Origin: Alphaproteobacteria bacterium
GTDB taxonomy: Bacteria > Pseudomonadota > Alphaproteobacteria > SMXQ01
Assembly (NCBI GenBank): GCA_004356985.1
Contig: SMXQ01000107.1
Coordinates: 13,501-77,500 of the forward strand
Direction of reading: 5' to 3'
Length of the DNA stretch: 64,000 nucleotides
The stretch's first letter is position 1; every line of letters begins with the position of its first letter. Position numbers and translations under genes: made by a program. This document shows positions 10,994 through 19,467 of the stretch, in pieces. The notes below the pieces were generated by a model, which was given only the letters and a program-made list of their open reading frames with translations, searched no databases and was not told the DNA's origin.

Positions 10994-11220
10994 GGCGTTT
11001 TCGCTTATCCAGCGATCTGGCAAGCGTCCTTATCAAGGTTGCTCCGCGCATTCCGGGCAATCATACTGAACAGTCCTGCCAACGGGAATAGCCGATGGCC
11101 ATCCCCGGTCAGAAAGATTGAACGCCTTCCAACGGCGCCGGTACCGCCTTTGAACCTTTCAACCGGGCCGGCGGCGCCTGTACGCTTGAGAAAATTCGGG
11201 TGGTCTTCCGCCTCTAGAGT

Positions 11221-11257
11221 ACTTCCGGGTTAAATTGAATCATTTGACCGGAAAGTG
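11221..11257. repeat. palindromic repeat unit (copy A): ACTTCCGGG-ttaaattgaatcatttga-CCGGAAAGT
   Basis: Hairpin-forming unit with 8-9-bp arms and a conserved loop. It abuts the mucR stop codon (11260-11262) and lies about 200 bp upstream of the fur-like gene. It is related to the copies at 29714, 29760, 29987, 44648 and 57807. Confidence 0.6.
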
Positions 11258-11259
11258 CT

Positions 11260-11673
11260 CTAACCCCTGCGCCTGGGCTTCCTGCCGAGGCCGATCTTTT
11301 TCGCCAGGTTGGAACGCTGGCGCGCGTAATTGGGTGCGACCATGGGATAGTTCGCCGGCAGGCCCCAGCGCTCGCGATATTCTCCGGGGGTCATGTTGTA
11401 GGAGGTTTTCAAGTGCCGCTTCAGCATCTTAAGTTTTCTACCATCCTCCAGACAGATGATATGATCGGGCGTTACCGACCGCTTGATGGGAACCGCCGGC
11501 TGGGGCCGGTCGGCCTGTCCCGAGGGGCCTTGGTCGATGGTCGTGAGCGTGCCGTACACTTGGCGGATCAGATCAGGAATATCTTGAATTGCCACCGGAT
11601 TATTGGCCAGGTGAGACGACACGATTTCGGTTGTCAGTTCGAGAAGGTCGTTTGTTTCTCTTGGATCCGCCAT
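11260..11673 (-). CDS. mucR: MucR/Ros-family zinc-finger transcriptional regulator
   Basis: The 137-aa ORF has the Ros/MucR C2H2-like region HIICLEDGRKLKMLKRHLKTSYNMTPGEYRERWGLPANYPMVAPNYA. Confidence 0.85.
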   Translation of the reverse strand: MADPRETNDLLELTTEIVSSHLANNPVAIQDIPDLIRQVYGTLTTIDQGPSGQADRPQPAVPIKRSVTPDHIICLEDGRKLKMLKRHLKTSYNMTPGEYRERWGLPANYPMVAPNYARQRSNLAKKIGLGRKPRRRG

Positions 11674-11755
11674 TTACTTTACTCTCCGTTAGAAAATAGT
11701 GACGCTAATATAGTTGTAATGTAAAAATACTTCAACTTTTTAATTGCTGAGGAAT

Positions 11756-12028
11756 ATGGCTAAGCACTACCTCGATATAACTAGCGATACGTGTCCACTT
11801 ACCTTCGTCAAAACCAAAATTTTGATCGAAAGTATGGCGCCGGGCGATATCGCCGTCGTCCGCCTCAAGGGCGCCGAGCCGCTTGGCAACGTGCCGCGGT
11901 CGGTGCGCGAGCACGGGCACCAGGTGATCAGGCTGGAACCCGCGGAATCCAGGGCTTCCGGCGAAGACGACGTGTATGTCCTCACCTTGCGGAAATCCGC
12001 CGGTCAGTCTTCCAACGACAACGAATAG
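11756..12028 (+). CDS. TusA-like (SirA/YedF/YeeD family) small sulfur-carrier-like protein
   Basis: The LDITSDTCPLTFVKTKILIE segment gives a CPxT variant of the TusA CPxP motif, followed by GDIAVVRLKG. A GAGGAA RBS precedes ATG 11756. The 5' half of the gene is AT-rich. The 3' end overlaps the convergent rimI by 25 bp. Confidence 0.5.
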   Translation: MAKHYLDITSDTCPLTFVKTKILIESMAPGDIAVVRLKGAEPLGNVPRSVREHGHQVIRLEPAESRASGEDDVYVLTLRKSAGQSSNDNE

Positions 12029-12510
12029 GTGAGCGCCGCCAAGGCCACCCCCTGGGGGCGCCGGTAATATCGCGGCCGCCGTCCCACCGGCCGGAAACTG
12101 AAATTACGGTAGAGTCGCAGGGCGACGGCATTGTCTTCGGCCACTTCGAGGAACAGGCGCGACACCTGGTCCCGCCGGGCGCGGTCTATGGCCGCCGCCA
12201 ACAGGGCGCCGCCGATGCCCCGGCCCCTTTCGCCGGTGGTGACGGCAAGGGACAGGAGCTCGCATTCCCCGGCCGCGCTGCGGCCCAGCGCGAAACCCAG
12301 CAAATCGCCGCCGCCGAGCCCACCGGTGCCCACCACCCCTTCTTCCACCGCCAGCAATCCGAAGGCGCCGGGCATGGCGAGCACCTGGCGCACGGTGAAG
12401 ATGCTCCAGGCTTCATCGAAACAGAGCTTGTGCAACGCGGCGATGGCCGGGCCATGGACACCATGGGCGGCGATCACCGCGATGCCGTCGGGAAGGGAAA
12501 GGGCCTTCAT
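12004..12510 (-). CDS. rimI: ribosomal-protein-alanine N-acetyltransferase (GNAT)
   Basis: The 168-aa GNAT ORF lies immediately downstream of tsaB with a 4-bp overlap, as in the conserved tsaB-rimI pair. Confidence 0.8.
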   Translation of the reverse strand: MKALSLPDGIAVIAAHGVHGPAIAALHKLCFDEAWSIFTVRQVLAMPGAFGLLAVEEGVVGTGGLGGGDLLGFALGRSAAGECELLSLAVTTGERGRGIGGALLAAAIDRARRDQVSRLFLEVAEDNAVALRLYRNFSFRPVGRRPRYYRRPQGVALAALTYSLSLED

Positions 12511-13217
12511 GGCCTTGCCCCCGCAGCGGGCAGAAGGGCATCGGGCGGCCGGATGTAAAGCGGCCTGGGCGGCAGGTCCGCCGACAGCGGCCGCCCGGTG
12601 AGGGATTCCGCTCCCGACGCCGCCACCTGGGCGGCGTCGGGAGGCCCCATGGCGGAAGAAAACCGGATCCGCGCCCCGGCCCCGTCACCGGCTTCCGCGC
12701 AGTCCGCCAACGCCACCCTCAGCGCCGGGCCGCCGTCCCCGGCGATCAGCAAGGGCCCCGCCGGCAGCGCACCCGGCACCATGCCCGGATCAAGCGTGCC
12801 CGGCGCGCCCACGGGCCGCCGTTGGGCATCGAAAATCTGGCTGAATACATCCCTGCGCTTGCCGTTGACCGCCACCAGGAGCGTCCGCCCCGCCGCCTCG
12901 CCTTCGGGAACCGCACGGGCCAAGGCGGCAAAAGTGCTGATGCCGACCACCGCCGCCGGCGCCGCCAAGCCGATCGCACGGGCCGCGGCCAGGCCGATGC
13001 GCAGGCCCGTGAAAGCGCCCGGGCCGACCGTTACGGCGATGGTCTCGAGGTCGCCAAAGGCCAGCCCGGACTCCGCCATGACCTCGCCGATCATGGGATT
13101 GAGCCTTTCCGCCTGACCCCTTTCCATCTCCTCGAACCTGTGCGCGACGATGCCGCCCGCCGACCAAACGGCTACCGAGCACCCGGTGGTGGCGGTATCG
13201 AGCCCGAGAACATTCAC
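12507..13217 (-). CDS. tsaB: tRNA threonylcarbamoyladenosine biosynthesis protein TsaB (YeaZ)
   Basis: MNVLGLDTATTGCSVAV...VTVGPGAFTGLRIGL matches the TsaB/YeaZ N-terminal fold. Confidence 0.85.
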   Translation of the reverse strand: MNVLGLDTATTGCSVAVWSAGGIVAHRFEEMERGQAERLNPMIGEVMAESGLAFGDLETIAVTVGPGAFTGLRIGLAAARAIGLAAPAAVVGISTFAALARAVPEGEAAGRTLLVAVNGKRRDVFSQIFDAQRRPVGAPGTLDPGMVPGALPAGPLLIAGDGGPALRVALADCAEAGDGAGARIRFSSAMGPPDAAQVAASGAESLTGRPLSADLPPRPLYIRPPDALLPAAGARP

Positions 13218-13276
13218 CGCCTATCCCCTCCCAAACGTCGAATGGCCAAAGCCGCCATGTTATACTGAAGCCTGTC

Positions 13277-13891
13277 ATGGCCCAACCGACATCCGAGACC
13301 GGCACCCCCTTGGCCGAAATTACGGCGCCCCGCTTCGACATTGATTTCGAAATCGCCTATGCCGGAGACGATAATTTCACCGGTGCGCCGGTCTATGGCC
13401 GGCCGGCGTGTTATCTGCATCACGACGCGGCGGCGGCGCTGCTGCGGGCCATCGAATTGGCCGGCGAGATCGGCTTGCGTTTGCTGATCTTCGACGGCTT
13501 TCGCCCGACGGAAGCGCAATGGGTGTTGTGGAACCATACTCCGGACCCCGATTTCCTTGCCGACCCGCGGCGCGGTTCGCCCCATTCCCGCGGCGTCGCG
13601 GTGGACCTCACCCTGGTCGACGAGAAGGGCGCGCGGCTCGAGATGGGCACCGGCTTCGACGACTTCACGCCGCGCGCGCACCACGGCAACCGGGATATCC
13701 CCAGCCGCGCCCAGGTCAACCGCCACATCTTGCTCGGCCTAATGACCACCGCCGGCTGGGATTTTTACCGTAATGAGTGGTGGCATTACCAGATGTTCGA
13801 TTCGCGCCGCTACCCGCTGATCAGCGATCGCCAGCTGGAACGGCCCATGATGCCGCCCGGCGGAAAGAATCGCCAGCCGCCAAACCCATGA
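13277..13891 (+). CDS. ddpX: D-alanyl-D-alanine dipeptidase (VanX/DdpX, M15 family)
   Basis: The 204-aa ORF has VanX-like motifs SPHSRGVAVDLTLVD and EWWHY. Confidence 0.8.
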   Translation: MAQPTSETGTPLAEITAPRFDIDFEIAYAGDDNFTGAPVYGRPACYLHHDAAAALLRAIELAGEIGLRLLIFDGFRPTEAQWVLWNHTPDPDFLADPRRGSPHSRGVAVDLTLVDEKGARLEMGTGFDDFTPRAHHGNRDIPSRAQVNRHILLGLMTTAGWDFYRNEWWHYQMFDSRRYPLISDRQLERPMMPPGGKNRQPPNP

Positions 13892-13921
13892 GTTCTTGCC
13901 TGGTTCCCTCAACCGGCCATA

Positions 13922-15037
13922 ATGGACGCGCCCGTGGTGTCTAGAAGGTTCCCCATGTCCAGTACCGGCCCCGGATTGAAAGCCCACCCGGTGGCGCATG
14001 CTTCGATCATCGCCGCCCTTGGGCTTGCCCTGGTGACGGCGCCGGGCCCCGGCGCCGCGCAACAAACGGCGCAGGAGAGGCCGCCTGAAGCGCCGTCCGC
14101 GGTGGTGATGATGTATCACCGTTTCGGGGAAAGCGCCTGGCCCTCCACCAATATCCGGATCGACCAGTTCGAAGCCCATCTGGAGGAACTCGCCACCGGA
14201 AAATACGCGGTGCGCCCGGTGGCCGACATCGTCGACGCTCTCAAGGCGGGCCGGCCCTTGCCCGACAGGACTATTGGACTGAGCATCGACGATGCCTTCC
14301 TATCGGTGTACCGCCAAGCTTGGCCACGGCTGCGCAAGGCGGGGCTCCCCTTCACGCTGTTCGTCGCCACCGGGGCGGTCGACCGGCGCGGCAAGGATTA
14401 CATGAACTGGGACCAGATCCGGGAAATGGCGCGCGCCGGGGTCACCATCGGCACCCACAGTGTAAGCCATGCCCATCTGCCGATGCTGAGCGCCGCGGCG
14501 ATCGAGGAAGAGCTCGCCAAATCCAACAAGCGTTTCGAAAAAGAGCTGGGCTTTAAACCCCGGCTTTTCGCCTACCCTTACGGGGAAGCCAGCCGCGCGG
14601 TCATGGCGGCGGCGCGGGCGGCGGGTTACCTGGCGGCCTTCAGCCAGTATTCGGGGGTCGCGCACGGTAAGTCCAACTTCTTCTACCTGCCCCGCTTCGC
14701 CTTGAACGAACGCTATGGGGCGCTTGCCCGCTTCCGGTTGGCCGCCAACGCGCTTCCCCTTCATGCCACCGACATCACCCCCCGGGACCCGGCCATTAGC
14801 GCCAATCCACCGGCCTTCGGTTTTACCATCGGCAAGGGAATTCGCGGGCTCCGGTCGCTTGCCTGTTATTCCTCGGCGCACGGAAAACTGGCGATCCAAC
14901 GCCTCGGCCAACGGCGGATCGAGGTCCGCCCGCCGAGCGCCTTGAAGCCGGGCCGGTCACGCATCAACTGCACCCTGCCGGCCGGCGCCGCGCGTTGGCG
15001 CTGGCTCGGTTACCAATTCTTCGTGATAAAAAAATGA
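13922..15037 (+). CDS. secreted polysaccharide deacetylase-family protein (NodB domain)
   Basis: A signal-peptide-like N-terminus is present (possible true start at M12, position 13955). NodB motifs LSIDDAF and TIGTHSVSHAHL follow. Confidence 0.75.
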   Translation: MDAPVVSRRFPMSSTGPGLKAHPVAHASIIAALGLALVTAPGPGAAQQTAQERPPEAPSAVVMMYHRFGESAWPSTNIRIDQFEAHLEELATGKYAVRPVADIVDALKAGRPLPDRTIGLSIDDAFLSVYRQAWPRLRKAGLPFTLFVATGAVDRRGKDYMNWDQIREMARAGVTIGTHSVSHAHLPMLSAAAIEEELAKSNKRFEKELGFKPRLFAYPYGEASRAVMAAARAAGYLAAFSQYSGVAHGKSNFFYLPRFALNERYGALARFRLAANALPLHATDITPRDPAISANPPAFGFTIGKGIRGLRSLACYSSAHGKLAIQRLGQRRIEVRPPSALKPGRSRINCTLPAGAARWRWLGYQFFVIKK

Positions 15038-15091
15038 ACCCCCACTGGGGGGCTCTTTGTATCAAGAGTAGCCGGCGCGATACTTTTACAG

Positions 15092-16198
15092 TTACGCCGG
15101 GTCTGGCTTCTCCACGCCCCCAAGCACGCGGCTGAGCCGCGCCCCGTCGAGCGCCCGGAGATCGTTCACGCGGATGATCGACTTGATGGTTTCCACGTAA
15201 TCGGCGCCACGCGCCGAATAGCTTTTCAGGGCATCGACCAACCTGTAGGCATCGAGCCCGTGGGGGCCCCCGGCTTCGGCGCGCATTCGGGCACGAAGCG
15301 CCCGAAAGCGGGCATAGGCGGCATGGGTGTTCAGGTTCTGCGCGTAAGACCGCACGCCCTCCAGCAGATGGCCGAAAACCTTGATCTTGAAACTCGAGCC
15401 GGCGGCTCGGTTTATGGGAATGATCCCCGGCGCCTCGGCGTAGGTCCGCTGCCCGAACAGCGCCCGGCCCTCGAGGGCGAAACGCGACGAGCCCCAGCCG
15501 CTTTCCTCAGCGCCCTGGGCAAGGGCCAGCGACGGCGGGATCACGTCGACGCGCAGCAGTAAGCCCGCGCGGTCGTTTTGGGAAACGCCGAAACGGCCGT
15601 ACTGGGCGGCCAGCCAAGAGCGTTCCGCGGGCGCCAACGCCTGACCTTTCGCCTCGCGCGCGGTCAACCCCAGCACTTTCGCCCGGATGGCGCCAATCTC
15701 CTCATTGGTACGCAACACCAGAGGCAACATGGTCTTGATGAAAACCGCCTTGCGCGTGGCGATCGATGAAACCTTGCCGATATCCTTGGGCATCGCCTTG
15801 ACGAACACCCGCGGCACCGCACCGGCGCCCCTGCGCACGTCTTCGAGGCGGTAGCCGATCCTGCGAAAATCGTCGTACAGCTCACGGGCGCTGGCGGAAA
15901 CGACGATCACCCCCCGGGGCTTGATCCCCAGCCCGGCCCTGGACTTGACCGCGGCCACGACGGCGGCGCCTTGCACCTCGGCCAAGAGAGGCGATCGTCC
16001 ATCGCCGCCAAGATGCGCGAGCACGGGCGCGGGCGCGGGCGCGGTCGAGATCAACACGGCAACCAGGCCGGTCCCGACCGCGAAGAAGGCGATCACCGCC
16101 GTTCGCGCCACCACTGCCCTTCGCGCCACCACCGCCGTGGCCCAGGCGCGCCTAAGGCCGGCGGCCGAACGGACCAAGCGCCACCATGCCCACGGCAT
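15092..16198 (-). CDS. glucosaminidase-domain protein (Bax/FlgJ-like, peptidoglycan hydrolase)
   Basis: The C-terminal domain has LALAQGAEESGWGSSRF, a FlgJ/Bax-type glucosaminidase motif. An N-terminal TM segment is present. The start is uncertain, since the ORF could extend to 16303. Confidence 0.6.
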   Translation of the reverse strand: MPWAWWRLVRSAAGLRRAWATAVVARRAVVARTAVIAFFAVGTGLVAVLISTAPAPAPVLAHLGGDGRSPLLAEVQGAAVVAAVKSRAGLGIKPRGVIVVSASARELYDDFRRIGYRLEDVRRGAGAVPRVFVKAMPKDIGKVSSIATRKAVFIKTMLPLVLRTNEEIGAIRAKVLGLTAREAKGQALAPAERSWLAAQYGRFGVSQNDRAGLLLRVDVIPPSLALAQGAEESGWGSSRFALEGRALFGQRTYAEAPGIIPINRAAGSSFKIKVFGHLLEGVRSYAQNLNTHAAYARFRALRARMRAEAGGPHGLDAYRLVDALKSYSARGADYVETIKSIIRVNDLRALDGARLSRVLGGVEKPDPA

Positions 16199-16330
16199 CA
16201 AGGCCCTTGCCCGGGCGATGTAAAAATAGATGTTGTTGTCGAATTTCGCCACTTCCACAAATCCTTTCAGACTGCGAAAGACGGCCGCCCCCAATCGGTC
16301 CATCTCATTATCGAGTCGGCGCAGCCTCGC

Positions 16331-16891
16331 CTACTCGATCGGTCGCACTTCCCTGACCTCGGGGATGAAATGCTTGAGCAAATTTTCGATGCCCATCTTC
16401 AGGGTCGCCGTGGAACTGGGACAACCGGAACACGCGCCCTGCATGTGCAAATAAACGACCCCGTCCTCGAACCGCCGAAACACGATATCGCCGCCATCCT
16501 GAGCCACGGCGGGACGAACCCTGGTGTCCAGAAGCTCCTTGATCCGGACCACGGTTTCATCGTCGTCCTCGTCCGTGGATGCCTCTTCCGCCGCTTCGGC
16601 CGCGCCCTCCTCCACCACCGGCGCGCCCGACGTGTAATGCTCCATGATGGCGCCAAGAACCATCGGCTTCATGGTCGCCCAATCCCGTTCGTCGGTCTTG
16701 GTGACGGCGATGAAATCGGCGCCCAGGAAAACCCCGGCCACGCCATCGACGCCGAACAGGCTTTTGGCCAGGGGCGAGCGCTTGGCGCCGTCAGGGTCGG
16801 TAATGTCCAGGGTGCCGCGTTCCATCACGGCGAGACCCGGAAGAAACTTCAGGGTCGCCGGGTTGGGCGTGGATTCGGTCTGGATAAACAT
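16331..16891 (-). CDS. NfuA/NifU-like Fe-S cluster biogenesis protein (Nfu-N plus NifU C-terminal domain)
   Basis: From internal MFIQTESTPNPATLKF the sequence runs through ...HMQGACSGCPSS, a CxxC NifU-like C-terminus. Confidence 0.8.
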   Translation of the reverse strand: MFIQTESTPNPATLKFLPGLAVMERGTLDITDPDGAKRSPLAKSLFGVDGVAGVFLGADFIAVTKTDERDWATMKPMVLGAIMEHYTSGAPVVEEGAAEAAEEASTDEDDDETVVRIKELLDTRVRPAVAQDGGDIVFRRFEDGVVYLHMQGACSGCPSSTATLKMGIENLLKHFIPEVREVRPIE

Positions 16892-17162
16892 CTGCGCGTT
16901 CCCTGACAATTTTTGCGGAAGGGTGGGTATTTCCCTTTTCCATCCGCCGGTGGCCATGTGCGCCGCGTGCCGGCCTCATTTCTTTCTGCCAACAAGACAT
17001 AAAGTGGATAAAGAACCGGACAAAATCAAGCCAAATTTTATCCTTAATTTCAGTAAGTTATTAACAGTCAGGGTTAACGCGGCGCAAATCGGGAGGACTC
17101 GAAATAATCGGTCCCCGACCGACTTTTGAACGCAACAAAGCGCGCCGGCCGGTGCGGGAAAT

Positions 17163-17687
17163 TTAGGTGAGGGCGTCGATTTCCGCGTCGGTCAGGTCAC
17201 CGGGGACCACGGTCAGGGGCACCCGGAGACTGCCCGACGCCTTCCCCGCCAGGGCCGACACCAGGGGACCGGGGCCCTTCTTGCCCGCCGCCGCCGCCAA
17301 CACCAGGATGGAAATGCCCTTTTCTTCGCTGATCAGGTCCAAGAGTTCGTCGGCAAGGTTGCCCTCGCGCAGGAAATAGACCGGCGTCTTGCCGGACAAT
17401 TCCTGGACATCTGCGGAGACCTCGTGGAGCAGCGCTTCGGCCTCTTCCCGGCGTTCCTGGCGCATGATGTCCTCCACCGCCATCCAGTGCTTGAACTCCG
17501 CCGATTCGATAACGTAGAGCAGGGCCACGCGGCCGCCGGTGCGCTTGGCCCGGAGGCTGGCGAACCTGAGCGCCTTGTGATGCTCTTCGGTGGCGTCGAT
17601 GACCACCAGGAAGATGCGTTCGGCCACGCCGCCGTCGGACGGTGCCGCGTTGGAATTCCCAAAGCTGTCATTGCCGAGAGACATGGT
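17163..17687 (-). CDS. universal stress protein (UspA family)
   Basis: A Usp fold is indicated by RIFLVVIDATEEHHKALRFA...GISILVLAAA. The start is taken at MSLGNDSF. Confidence 0.7.
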   Translation of the reverse strand, partial: TMSLGNDSFGNSNAAPSDGGVAERIFLVVIDATEEHHKALRFASLRAKRTGGRVALLYVIESAEFKHWMAVEDIMRQERREEAEALLHEVSADVQELSGKTPVYFLREGNLADELLDLISEEKGISILVLAAAAGKKGPGPLVSALAGKASGSLRVPLTVVPGDLTDAEIDALT

Positions 17688-17688
17688 C

Positions 17689-18444
17689 TTAGGCCTTTCT
17701 GAAGACGACGCCCGCGAACAGTCCCGCGAGCAGGGCGATAGCGATGGCGAAGAAGCCGTAAAGGGCCGACGAGGCATGGGCAAATCGGTAGACATCGGCG
17801 CCGATGCCGACCTTGGCGATGGTCAGCGGCACGGTCTGGGCACTGGCGACGCTGCCGTTGCGGACGAAAAACACATGGACCGTGTAGGATCCGGTGGGCA
17901 CGTTGGCGGGGAATTCAATGGTCGATCGGAACAAGCGCTGGCCGAGAAAATCGACATCCTTGGGCCGCACCGTGAACAGCCCATTGAGGACCTTGTTGCG
18001 GATCAGGCCGGCGCGGAACCCGGCGAGGTCTTTGGCGGCGGCCTTGCCCGTGGCGACCAGCCGCAGGTGCTGGACGCCGATCTCGTGGCGTTGGACGGCC
18101 GGCGGCGGAAGAAGCTCCTCGATGGGCTTCGAAGAGGCCAACCAGTAGTAGGACGGCACGTCGCGGAAGGTCACTTCGGTGTCGTTGACCCAGATGCCCG
18201 CGAGACGCTCCTTGCGGCGCACCACCTCCCGCCGCGCCGGACCGCGCACGACGATAATGACGTCGCCTTCCCCTTCGGTAGCCCCGAACAGCAGCACCTT
18301 GGTGCCGACGAATCCGGTGGTGATGGCGACCAGGTGGCGCGACGCGTCGGCCACCAGGCCCTGGGCATGGAGGCCGCCGGGGACCGGCCCCAGGGCCAAG
18401 GCAGCCGCCAGCACCAGGACTTTGGGGCCGCGCCCGGCCATCAC
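17689..18444 (-). CDS. conserved alphaproteobacterial membrane protein (Alph_Pro_TM/TIGR02186-like, recalled from memory)
   Basis: Signal peptide plus a C-terminal TM segment. It is co-located with the TauE gene and overlaps it by 4 bp. Confidence 0.5.
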   Translation of the reverse strand: MMAGRGPKVLVLAAALALGPVPGGLHAQGLVADASRHLVAITTGFVGTKVLLFGATEGEGDVIIVVRGPARREVVRRKERLAGIWVNDTEVTFRDVPSYYWLASSKPIEELLPPPAVQRHEIGVQHLRLVATGKAAAKDLAGFRAGLIRNKVLNGLFTVRPKDVDFLGQRLFRSTIEFPANVPTGSYTVHVFFVRNGSVASAQTVPLTIAKVGIGADVYRFAHASSALYGFFAIAIALLAGLFAGVVFRKA

Positions 18445-19358
18445 CCGAGCCCTGCGCCGAGGGAATAGATATCTTCGGGCGTCACCACCAAGCCGAACAT
18501 GATCGCGGCGCCGACGAAAAGCACGAACGCACCGAGCAGAAGGCGCAGGTACTCACCGGGGAGCCGACCCGCGAAACGGCCGCCGAACTGGGCGCCGATG
18601 ACGCCGCCGGTAAGCAGGATCAGGGCCAGAACCACGTCCACGGTCTGGTTGCTGACCGCCTGCAGGAAGGTGACGTTGGCGGTCACGAAAATGATCTGGA
18701 ACAGCGACGTCCCCACCACCGTAATGGTCGGCATGCCCAGCACGTAGATCATCGCCGGCACGATGATGAAGCCGCCGCCGACCCCCATGATGGCCGAAAG
18801 GATGCCGACGAAGAAGCCGATGGCGAGCGGTAAAAGCGCGCTGATATAGAGTTTGGACTTGCGGAACCTGATCTTGAAAGGAAGCCCGTGCAGCCAGGTG
18901 TGCTGGTGCAGCTTGCGCCGGGCGCCGCCGGGCCGGCGGCGGCGCAGGACGGCGCGCACCGATTCACCTAACATCAAACTGCCGATGACGCCGAGGAACG
19001 CCACATAGGAGAGCGAGATCACCAAATCCAACTGGCCCATGGCGCGCAGCAGCGAATAGAGCCACACGCCGAAGCTCGACCCGGCGATGCCGCCGGCCAA
19101 CAGCATCGCACCCATCTTGAAATCGACATTGCCCCGGCGCATATGGACGAGCACGCCGGAGACGGACGCCGCCACCACCTGATTGGCTTCCGTGGCCACC
19201 GCGACCGCCGGAGAGACGCCGATGAAGATCAACAGCGGCGTCATCAGAAAACCGCCGCCGACCCCGAACAGGCCGGAGAGGAACCCCACCCCGCCGCCCA
19301 TGGCCAATAGCAGGAACACATCGAGGGAGATTTCGGCAATCGGCAGATAAATCTGCAT
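18441..19358 (-). CDS. TauE/SafE-family sulfite exporter-like membrane protein (DUF81)
   Basis: The 305-aa multi-pass membrane protein has two DUF81 repeats with GxGGG motifs (GVGGGFLMTPLL, GVGGGFIIVPAM). Confidence 0.8.
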   Translation of the reverse strand: MQIYLPIAEISLDVFLLLAMGGGVGFLSGLFGVGGGFLMTPLLIFIGVSPAVAVATEANQVVAASVSGVLVHMRRGNVDFKMGAMLLAGGIAGSSFGVWLYSLLRAMGQLDLVISLSYVAFLGVIGSLMLGESVRAVLRRRRPGGARRKLHQHTWLHGLPFKIRFRKSKLYISALLPLAIGFFVGILSAIMGVGGGFIIVPAMIYVLGMPTITVVGTSLFQIIFVTANVTFLQAVSNQTVDVVLALILLTGGVIGAQFGGRFAGRLPGEYLRLLLGAFVLFVGAAIMFGLVVTPEDIYSLGAGLG

Positions 19359-19467
19359 GAGGGATGGTGACGCCCTTGGCGGCGCTGGATCGGGCTAAGT
19401 GGTGGTCCGTCCACCGTTTGTGCGCCGTGCCCGGCAAAAGCGCAAGAAAAATCAAGCCCCCGGGGGA

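Noticed and set aside
17055-17075. CtrA box (TTAA-N7-TTAAC) in the nfuA upstream region
   Set aside because: The two TTAAC half-sites are 9 nt apart, not 7. This is probably a chance match in an AT-rich patch.
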